NCBI GenBank assembly: GCA_902561355.1 | Contig: CACEPG010000002.1 | Span: forward strand, 8,607 to 72,606 | DNA length: 64,000 nt | DNA from: an uncultured Alphaproteobacteria bacterium | GTDB taxonomy: Bacteria > Pseudomonadota > Alphaproteobacteria > HIMB59 > GCA-002718135 | Reading direction: 5' to 3' | Shown here: piece by piece, positions 40,310 through 47,859 of the stretch | How positions within the stretch are numbered: position 1 is the first letter of the stretch | How the letters are laid out: each line of letters opens with the position of its first letter | Position numbers and translations under genes: made by a program | Notes under the pieces: model-generated | Databases searched by the model: none | The model's input: only the letters and a program-made list of their open reading frames with translations | Told to the model about the DNA's origin: nothing

Positions 40310-41538
40310 GACAAGCAAATTTCTAGATGTTTCAAATACCACGACTTAAATTTTTCTAACCCTTTCTCCATATTGGAAAGTGGTCCAGGAACATATTTAC
40401 TCGATAATACGCCTTTCTGATTATTCTCAATAATTGTTTTGTCAGCAATGGTAGTCATATCCCACATCCATTTCATTTCTTCTAAATTATAATCTTTACC
40501 CTCCTCTGCATCTTTGTGAACTAACCACATTAATTCAACTTGTGTGTACAATGGTGAAATAGGAATAAAAGTAAACAATGTTGCAAAATCATTGCACATC
40601 AATAAACTGTTAAAAGGAGAAGTGCCTACTGATGTGTAGCCACAATCGTATTCTTTAAATTTACCCATTAATTTTGAAATAGGTTTTCCTGATTTTGTTT
40701 CTGTATATTTGCCTGCTTTAAGAGGTGTTCTTTCAGCACTTCTAGAATAATCATTAAATTCAGTTTCATAATATTCACCTGTAAGATGACCCATCTTGAT
40801 TGTCTTTTTATTCCAATCTTCCAAAACTTTGTTAAATTTATCTGACTCTGGTCCAGTATTGCTTCCTGCGCCATATGCAATAATATATTCACTATCATGA
40901 ACCGAGCAATATTCAGGGTGTGCTGGTTGACAATGATAACATTCATGAAAATTATCAAGTGTAAGTTTCCAATTGCCTTTCGTAGGATAGAATTGTCTGT
41001 GAGCAATTTTTGCTTCACTTAATCCATGAAATTCAATAAATTTTTCAGTAGGAGAGATAAATTCATCAAAACTATTAGGATTTTCTGATAAATTGATAAA
41101 TATTAATCCTTCAAAGATTTTCAAATTACACTTATTCAAACTCCAATCATTTTTTTTAAAATTATCATCCATCATTCTAGCTGATTTTATAGAACCATCT
41201 AAGTTGTAACTCCAAGCATGATATGGGCATACTAATAGTTTTTTATTTCCTTCTTCTTCCAAACAAATATGTGAACCTCTATGACGGCAAACATTGTAAT
41301 GGGCATGAATTAAATCGTCTTTGTCACGTATAATTATAATTGATTCATTGCCTATATTAAAAAGAAAATAATCACCATATTTAGGAATTCTAGAAACATG
41401 CCCTACAAATACCCATTGCTTAGAAAATATATTTTTTATATCCAAATCAAATATATAGTCATCTATATAGAACTCCTGATCTAATGTAAAATTAGGTTTT
41501 TGCTGTTTGATTAATTTTTTTAAATCAACATTATTCAT
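40306..41538 (-). CDS. Rieske [2Fe-2S] non-heme-iron oxygenase, alpha (catalytic) subunit
   Basis: Has the Rieske motif CRHRGSHIC...CPYHAWSY and the mononuclear-iron motif NFHECYHCQPAHPEY. I prefer the ATG at 41538 (MNNVDLKK...) over the track TTG at 41574, which lies inside an intergenic palindrome. Confidence 0.85.
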   Translation of the reverse strand: MNNVDLKKLIKQQKPNFTLDQEFYIDDYIFDLDIKNIFSKQWVFVGHVSRIPKYGDYFLFNIGNESIIIIRDKDDLIHAHYNVCRHRGSHICLEEEGNKKLLVCPYHAWSYNLDGSIKSARMMDDNFKKNDWSLNKCNLKIFEGLIFINLSENPNSFDEFISPTEKFIEFHGLSEAKIAHRQFYPTKGNWKLTLDNFHECYHCQPAHPEYCSVHDSEYIIAYGAGSNTGPESDKFNKVLEDWNKKTIKMGHLTGEYYETEFNDYSRSAERTPLKAGKYTETKSGKPISKLMGKFKEYDCGYTSVGTSPFNSLLMCNDFATLFTFIPISPLYTQVELMWLVHKDAEEGKDYNLEEMKWMWDMTTIADKTIIENNQKGVLSSKYVPGPLSNMEKGLEKFKSWYLKHLEICLS

Positions 41539-41558
41539 AATAATATATATAATATTGA

Positions 41559-41574
41559 TTGAATAAGCATTCAA
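41559..41574 (+). promoter_or_regulatory. operator/promoter cassette TTGAAT-AAGC-ATTCAA (copy 3)
   Basis: A perfect 6-4-6 palindrome in the 55-bp Rieske/DAO divergent spacer. Its first T lies exactly 35 nt before the ATG at 41594. TATAAA follows after a 17-nt spacer. Confidence 0.55.
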
Positions 41575-41593
41575 TGAAATTTATAAATTACTG

Positions 41594-42928
41594 ATGAACA
41601 ATTTATATCATAAAGATATTTATAAGTTTGATGAACCCATAAAAAGTTATTGGGAAACAACAATTAACACAAGTAATAAATATAAAACTTTTGAAAAAAA
41701 TACTAAAACTAATATCTTAGTAATAGGCGCAGGTTATACTGGTATTAGCTGTGCCTTATCTTTAGCTAAAAAATATAATGAAGATGTAGTTTTATTGGAA
41801 GCAGGACATATAGGATGGGGTTCTTCTGCTAGAAATGCCGGTTTTTGTTGTATTCCACCAGCAAAGATGTCTGTTAAAAAAATGATTAATAAACATGGAA
41901 AACAAGAAACAAAAAAATTTTTTAAAAATACTGTTGAGGGCTCAAACTTTACTAAAAACTTAATTGATGAATATAAAATTAATTGTGATTTAACTGGTGA
42001 TTGTAATTATGAAGTTGCACCTCATCCAAGTTATTTTGATTCAATTAAAGAAGAAGCTAGTTTATACAAAAATGAATTTGGAATAGAAACAGAGGTCTTT
42101 GCTAGAGAAGAGTTTAATGAAATAGGTCATATGGGCAATGAACAGTATGGTGCGTTTTCATATAAACCTGGTTTTGCTATTAACCCGTTAAAATTTTTAT
42201 TAGGATTAGCTAAAGAAGCTAAAATTTCTGGGGTAAAAATATTTCAAAAAAGTAAAGTAAGCAAAATAGAAAAAAAATCTGGAAAATTTAATATAATATC
42301 AAACGGACACATTATCACAGCAAATAAAATTGTAATGGCTACAAATGGCTTTTATCAAGATGATCTTTTTCCTAAATTAAATAATAGAATATTACCAGTT
42401 ATATCAAATATTATAATTACGAGACCACTTACAGAAGATGAATTAAAATCACATAATTATGTTACTAATAACCCAGTACTTAATATTAGAAATTTACTTT
42501 TTTATTACAGGTTATTAAAAGATAATCGTTTTTTATTTGGTGCTAGAGGAGATGTAATTGGTAGTGAAAAATCTTCAATAGATAAATCTAAAAAAATGGA
42601 GCAACAAATGAAAAAAGTTTTTCCTAATTGGAGTCATGTTAATATTGATTTTCACTGGAGGGGATTAGTTGCGATGACAGCTAAATTAACACCATCTATA
42701 GGAAAACTTGAAGATGATGAAATTTATTACAGTTTTGGTTATCAAGCTAATGGAGTTAATACAGCCCCATGGTCTGGCAATGAGTTATCAAAATTAATAA
42801 TTTCAAACAGTAAAGTTTTAAATATATCAAAATTTTATCAAGGTTTACCAAAAAAGTTTCCTTTTCCTAAATTAAGATTATTTTATTTAAGATTATATTT
42901 AATGTATTGCTCAATTATAGATAGATAA
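41594..42928 (+). CDS. FAD-dependent oxidoreductase, DAO family
   Basis: Has ILVIGAGYTGISCALSLAK...VVLLEA and is 444 aa. It is the first gene of a tight DAO-aguA-aguB unit. Confidence 0.7.
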   Translation: MNNLYHKDIYKFDEPIKSYWETTINTSNKYKTFEKNTKTNILVIGAGYTGISCALSLAKKYNEDVVLLEAGHIGWGSSARNAGFCCIPPAKMSVKKMINKHGKQETKKFFKNTVEGSNFTKNLIDEYKINCDLTGDCNYEVAPHPSYFDSIKEEASLYKNEFGIETEVFAREEFNEIGHMGNEQYGAFSYKPGFAINPLKFLLGLAKEAKISGVKIFQKSKVSKIEKKSGKFNIISNGHIITANKIVMATNGFYQDDLFPKLNNRILPVISNIIITRPLTEDELKSHNYVTNNPVLNIRNLLFYYRLLKDNRFLFGARGDVIGSEKSSIDKSKKMEQQMKKVFPNWSHVNIDFHWRGLVAMTAKLTPSIGKLEDDEIYYSFGYQANGVNTAPWSGNELSKLIISNSKVLNISKFYQGLPKKFPFPKLRLFYLRLYLMYCSIIDR

Positions 42929-42933
42929 ACAAA

Positions 42934-43980
42934 ATGAGCACGCCTAGAATAAATAATTATCACATGCCTGCTGAATGGTATACTCATGAATGTTGCTGGA
43001 TGCAATGGCCATATGACAATCCAAATCATAATAGTTATGGTGATATACCATCTTGGTCCCATTTTGATTTTGAAAAAGGAAGATTAGCATGGGCTAATGT
43101 TGCAAAAGCAATTTGTGAATTTGAAAAAGTAAAAATGATTGTGCATCCTGATCATTTAATAAGCGCAAAAAATATACTTGATTCAAAGGTAGAAATAATT
43201 GCACATCAAATTGATGATTGTTGGTCAAGAGACAGTGGAGCAATTTTTTTGTTAAATAATGAAAATAAACTTGGAGGGATTGATTGGGAATTTAACGGAT
43301 GGGGCAAATTTAAACCTTATGACTCAGATAATAAAATAGCTAAATTTATGATTGAAAATTCATCAGCAAAATATTTCAAAAATAATATGGTACTTGAGGG
43401 AGGATCTATTCATGTTGATGGGAATGGAACTTTAATAACAACAGAACAATGTTTACTTAATAAAAATAGAAATCCTAAGCTTACAAAAGAAAAAATTGAA
43501 GATAATCTAAAAGAATATTTTAATATAAGTAAAATTATTTGGCTTAAAAATGGAACTGATGAAGGAACAGATGGTCATGTAGACAATATTGCATGCTTTG
43601 CTAACCCGGAAACTATTTTAGCTTTAGGTTGTAGTGACAAACAAGATCCTTTTTATGAAAAAATAAATGAAAATTTAGAAATTTTAAAAACATCGACTAA
43701 TAGCAAAGGTAAAAGATTAAAAATTATTGAAATTGAAATGTCTAAAAAAAGACTTATACCTAATGATGAAGAGCCAAGTTCTTATATTAATTTTTATATT
43801 GCTAACCAGGGTATAGTTATGCCAAGATTTGATGATGAAAAAGCTGACGTAAATGCTCAAACTATTATACAATCTACCTTTCCTGATAGAAAAATTATTG
43901 CTATTGATGGTAAAGATATTTCTCTTGGAGGAGGAAATGTACATTGTATAACACAACAACAACCTCTAAGTGTGAAATAG
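42934..43980 (+). CDS. aguA: agmatine deiminase
   Basis: The N-terminus is MPAEWYTHECCWMQWP and the C-terminal catalytic-Cys context is GGGNVHCITQQQP. Length is 348 aa. Confidence 0.85.
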   Translation: MSTPRINNYHMPAEWYTHECCWMQWPYDNPNHNSYGDIPSWSHFDFEKGRLAWANVAKAICEFEKVKMIVHPDHLISAKNILDSKVEIIAHQIDDCWSRDSGAIFLLNNENKLGGIDWEFNGWGKFKPYDSDNKIAKFMIENSSAKYFKNNMVLEGGSIHVDGNGTLITTEQCLLNKNRNPKLTKEKIEDNLKEYFNISKIIWLKNGTDEGTDGHVDNIACFANPETILALGCSDKQDPFYEKINENLEILKTSTNSKGKRLKIIEIEMSKKRLIPNDEEPSSYINFYIANQGIVMPRFDDEKADVNAQTIIQSTFPDRKIIAIDGKDISLGGGNVHCITQQQPLSVK

Positions 43981-43996
43981 AAAAGAAAGAATAGAT

Positions 43997-44866
43997 ATGA
44001 AAGTTAAAGTTGCAGCAACCCAAATGACATGCAGTTGGACTATTGATGAAAATATTAATAAAGCTAAAGATTTAATTAATAAGAGTGCTGCAGAAGGTGC
44101 TAATATAATCCTTCTACAAGAACTATTTCAAACTCCATATTTTTGTATTCAATATGATGAGGAAATTTTTAAATTAGCTGCAACATTTGAAAACAATAAA
44201 GTACTTGGAATGATGAGTGATTTGGCTAAAAAACTTAATGTTGTTTTGCCAATTAGTTTTTTTGAGAGAGATAATAATGCATATTTTAATTCAATTGCTG
44301 TTATTGATGCTGATGGAGCAATATTAGGAAAATATCGAAAATCTCATATCCCTGATGGTCCTGGATATTTAGAAAAATACTATTTTAATCCGGGTAATAC
44401 CGGCTTTAAAGTTTGGGAAACAAAATTTGGGAAAATAGGTATTGGTATATGTTGGGACCAGTGGTTTCCTGAAGCTGCAAGAATTATGGCTTTAAAAGGA
44501 GCAGAAATATTATTTTACCCAACTGCAATAGGGGACGAATTAATGAGTGAGTATGATAGTTCTGGAGCTTGGCAAAGAGTCATGCAAGGTCATGCAGCTG
44601 CAAATATAATTCCTGTTGTTGCTTCAAATAGAGTTGGTTCAGAATCAGTTAAAGGGCAAACAAATGGTTTTTATGGTAGATCTTTTATTTGTGACAGATC
44701 TGGTAAAATATTAGAAGAGGCATCAAAGGATAAAGAAGAAATAATTGTTGCAGAAATTAATACTGAAGAAGATCATTTATTTAGAAGAAATTGGGGACTT
44801 TTTAGAGATCGAAGAACTGATTTGTATGAAGAAATTTTAACGCTAGATGGAAAAATTAAAGATTAA
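43997..44866 (+). CDS. aguB: N-carbamoylputrescine amidase (CN-hydrolase family)
   Basis: The Glu-Lys-Cys triad contexts are ILLQELF, YRKSHIP and GIGICWDQWFPE. It is 289 aa and lies directly after aguA. Confidence 0.85.
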   Translation: MKVKVAATQMTCSWTIDENINKAKDLINKSAAEGANIILLQELFQTPYFCIQYDEEIFKLAATFENNKVLGMMSDLAKKLNVVLPISFFERDNNAYFNSIAVIDADGAILGKYRKSHIPDGPGYLEKYYFNPGNTGFKVWETKFGKIGIGICWDQWFPEAARIMALKGAEILFYPTAIGDELMSEYDSSGAWQRVMQGHAAANIIPVVASNRVGSESVKGQTNGFYGRSFICDRSGKILEEASKDKEEIIVAEINTEEDHLFRRNWGLFRDRRTDLYEEILTLDGKIKD

Positions 44867-46241
44867 GATACCACTTATATTCAATATCAGAAATTTCAGA
44901 ACGAAAAGATTCGATTTCTTTTCTTTTTAAATCAGCATACATTGTCACATATTCTTTTGAATAATAATCAATACAAAATTTTGAGTCTTCAAATAATTGA
45001 ATAGCTTTTTCAATAGATTTGGGCATTTCAGGATCAGGGTCAGTACAAGCATTATCAATTCGAAAATTTGTAGGAGATATTTTGTTAATAAGACCATAAT
45101 GAATTCCAGATAAAATAGCAGAAAGAACTAAATAAGAATTAGCTTCAGCTCCTGCTACCCTATGCTCAATCCTTTTAGATTTTTCATCGCTTCTTGGAAT
45201 TCTAAAAGCAACTGATCTATTATTAGGACCCCACGAATTGTTTACAGGAACAAATTGATCAGGCTCAAAACGCCTATAAGAATTTACATTAGAAGCAAAT
45301 ATTAAAAAATTATCATATAACGTTTGTTGTAAGCCACCTATTGCATAATGTAATTGTTCACTACCCTCTTCTTTAGCTCCAGAAAAAATATTATGATTTT
45401 TCTCATTAAACAAACTTATATGAACATGCATGCCGCTACCAGTTTGCTCAATAAATGGCTTTGAAATGAAGCTTGCTTCATAATCATGCTTAATTGCAGT
45501 TTCTTTTATAACTCTTCTTAGTAACGCTGAATCATCTGCAGCTTTAAGAATATCATTGGTATGATTTAAATTTATTTCAAATTGTCCAGGAGCAAATTCA
45601 GATGAAGCAGTTGATGCAGGAATATTTTGTATTTTACAAAATTTATTAACATCTTCTAAAAAATCATAGAATTCATCTAATTCTCGCATTCCATAAACTT
45701 GAGTTCCTTCACTTTGTTTATTAGTTTCGTTTGATATTGCTGGTTCTGGTTTTTCAGAAATATTTTTTCTTTTTTTAAAAAGATAAAATTCTAATTCAAA
45801 AGCAACTTTAAATTGTAAATTTAAATCTTCAATTCTATCTAAAACTCTAGCTAGTACATTTCTTGGATCTATTATAGAGCTGTAACGTGAGTCATCTTGA
45901 ATTGTAATTAAAACTTGCCCCAAAGAATCTTTATGCCATGGCATTTTTTTTAAAGTGCCAGCCACAGGAAAATAAGTTGCATCTGGATCTCCATCAGTAA
46001 AACCTCTCCCTGCGGCATCAGGACAATAACCAGTTACATCTAGTAAAAATGTTGAATAACAAAATTGAATTCCTGACTTAAATAGTTTTTCAGCGTCGTT
46101 AATTGGCAATCTTTTACCTCTAATAACACCTGATAAGTCACTTAAAATAGCATCTATATATTTAATTTCAGGATTTTTTTCTTTAAAAGAATTAAATTCA
46201 TCAGCTGTAGCAATTAAAACTTTGCTATTTTTAAAAGTCAT
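44856..46241 (-). CDS. glutamine-synthetase-like glutamate--amine ligase (second paralogue)
   Basis: Has SSEFAPGQFEINL, GSGMHVHISL, NSYRRF and RIEHRVAGAEANSY. Length is 461 aa. Confidence 0.75.
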   Translation of the reverse strand: MTFKNSKVLIATADEFNSFKEKNPEIKYIDAILSDLSGVIRGKRLPINDAEKLFKSGIQFCYSTFLLDVTGYCPDAAGRGFTDGDPDATYFPVAGTLKKMPWHKDSLGQVLITIQDDSRYSSIIDPRNVLARVLDRIEDLNLQFKVAFELEFYLFKKRKNISEKPEPAISNETNKQSEGTQVYGMRELDEFYDFLEDVNKFCKIQNIPASTASSEFAPGQFEINLNHTNDILKAADDSALLRRVIKETAIKHDYEASFISKPFIEQTGSGMHVHISLFNEKNHNIFSGAKEEGSEQLHYAIGGLQQTLYDNFLIFASNVNSYRRFEPDQFVPVNNSWGPNNRSVAFRIPRSDEKSKRIEHRVAGAEANSYLVLSAILSGIHYGLINKISPTNFRIDNACTDPDPEMPKSIEKAIQLFEDSKFCIDYYSKEYVTMYADLKRKEIESFRSEISDIEYKWYLNL

Positions 46242-46264
46242 ATAAATTTATATGAAAAAAATAA

Positions 46265-46280
46265 TTGAATGTCTATTTAA
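46265..46280 (+). promoter_or_regulatory. degenerate copy of the TTGAAT-N4-ATTCAA cassette (TTGAAT-GTCT-ATTTAA, copy 4)
   Basis: It has one mismatch to the palindrome and lies in the 58-bp GS-like/amidase divergent spacer. Its first T is again exactly 35 nt before the ATG at 46300. The -10-like element is weak. Confidence 0.3.
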
Positions 46281-46299
46281 TTAAATTAAAGCAATATCT

Positions 46300-47775
46300 A
46301 TGGATCTACATTATATATCAGCTGTTGAAGCAATTAAAAAATTTAAAGATAAGTCATTATCTCCTGTAGAACTAGTAAATTCTGTAATTGAAAGATCGCA
46401 AAAGATTAATCCTAAAATAAATGCTCATAACTTTACTTTTTATGAAAAAGCAATTGAATATGCAAAAAAATCAGAGCAAAAATATTTTACAAACTCCAAA
46501 ACACTCCCTCTAGAAGGTATACCTGTTGCTATCAAAGATGAAGAGGATATCGAAGGTCAGCCAAATACTAATGGTTCTTTGATATTAAAAGATCGCATAG
46601 CAAAAAAAACTATGGTTGATGTTGAAAGAATTATTAATTCTGGAGCAGTTATTCATTGCAGAACAACTACGCCTGAATTTTCCACTACCTCATTCACTCA
46701 TTCGAAATTGTGGGGCGTTACAAGAAATCCATGGAATTTGGAATATACACCTGGAGGTTCATCAGGAGGTTCAGGTGCATCTCTAGCTGCTGGATGTTCA
46801 ACTCTCGCAACTGGTTCTGATATTGGAGGTTCAATAAGAATACCTGCTTCTGCCTGTGGTCTAGTTGGATTTAAACCTCCTCATGGTCGAAATCCTCAGG
46901 AAGCTCCTTTTAATCATGATCAATATTGTGTAGTTGGTCCAATGGCAAGAACAGTAAAAGATTGTGCTCTAATGCAAAATGTAATGTCAGGACCACATCC
47001 TAAAGATATTACTAGTTTAAAACCCAAATTAAATATCCCTAATAAATTTGATAATATTAAAAATTGGAAAATAGCTTATTCAATGAATCTTGGTTTTTTT
47101 GAAATTGATAAAGAGGTAGAAAAAAATACACTCGATATAATTAATAAATTAAAAGAATTAGGTGCAAAAGTTGAAGAAGTTAAAATAAACTGGAACAAAA
47201 AAGAACTTGAGGATACTTGTTATAATTATTATGCCCATCTTTTTGCTAATTTTATTGCAGAATTAATACCTGAGCATGAAGAGGAGCTGACAGATTATGC
47301 AAGAGATGTTGGCTTGACTGCTAGAATTATTAACAAAGCATTAGTTGAAAGAAAAAAAATTAATCATCCTAGTATGGGTGTTGATTTAGGCATGACATTA
47401 TATGAATGCAATAAAATAGCTGGTAAAATGTATGAAGAATTTGGACCTATAATACACAAATACGATGCATTTATTTGTCCTACATTATCAATACCTGCCG
47501 TTAAGGCAGATATTAATCTGTTTAAAGATAAAATAGTAATTAATGGAAAAGAAATAAATTCACCCGATCTTGGATGGACTTTGTGTTATCCTTTTAATAT
47601 ACTCTGTCGATTACCAGTATTATCAATCCCTTCAGGAATAGCTAGTAATGGCGTGCCTACTGGGGTACAAATAGTTGGAAAGCCTTATGATGATATACCC
47701 GTTTTTCAAGCAGGCTATCAATTAGAACAGATAGAACCATGGTTTCAAAATAATAAATTAAAACCTAATTTATAA
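46300..47775 (+). CDS. amidase-signature (AS) family amidase
   Basis: Has GGSSGGSGASLAAG, the catalytic Lys context PVAIKDEEDI, and GSDIGGSIRIPA. Length is 491 aa. Confidence 0.85.
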   Translation: MDLHYISAVEAIKKFKDKSLSPVELVNSVIERSQKINPKINAHNFTFYEKAIEYAKKSEQKYFTNSKTLPLEGIPVAIKDEEDIEGQPNTNGSLILKDRIAKKTMVDVERIINSGAVIHCRTTTPEFSTTSFTHSKLWGVTRNPWNLEYTPGGSSGGSGASLAAGCSTLATGSDIGGSIRIPASACGLVGFKPPHGRNPQEAPFNHDQYCVVGPMARTVKDCALMQNVMSGPHPKDITSLKPKLNIPNKFDNIKNWKIAYSMNLGFFEIDKEVEKNTLDIINKLKELGAKVEEVKINWNKKELEDTCYNYYAHLFANFIAELIPEHEEELTDYARDVGLTARIINKALVERKKINHPSMGVDLGMTLYECNKIAGKMYEEFGPIIHKYDAFICPTLSIPAVKADINLFKDKIVINGKEINSPDLGWTLCYPFNILCRLPVLSIPSGIASNGVPTGVQIVGKPYDDIPVFQAGYQLEQIEPWFQNNKLKPNL

Positions 47776-47823
47776 AAATTGCTATTTTTTATTGAAATTT
47801 TCTCAAATTATTGTTCATGTAGC

Positions 47824-47843
47824 AATTAATTAATTAATTAATT
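47824..47843. repeat. (AATT)x5 tetranucleotide tract
   Basis: aattaattaattaattaatt lies immediately upstream of a G6 Shine-Dalgarno-like run (47850-47855) and the ATG at 47860. Confidence 0.9.
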
Positions 47844-47859
47844 TTTATTGGGGGGTAAA

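Noticed and set aside
40668-41018. 116-aa same-strand alternative-frame ORF inside the Rieske oxygenase gene
   Set aside because: It is fully nested in a gene with intact Rieske and iron motifs, and its translation has no recognisable features. I saw no evidence for an overlapping gene.
47792-47807. Possible fifth operator copy (TTGAAA-TTTT-CTCAAA) upstream of the SBP gene
   Set aside because: Only about 8 of the 12 half-site positions match at the 6-4-6 spacing. It is not a real palindrome, and it is not at the 35-nt offset from the ATG at 47860.
47777-47827. 8-bp inverted repeat AATTGCTA ... TAGCAATT after the amidase stop
   Set aside because: The arms are separated by 35 nt, the stem is AT-rich, and no U-run follows. 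It is not convincing as a terminator or structured RNA.
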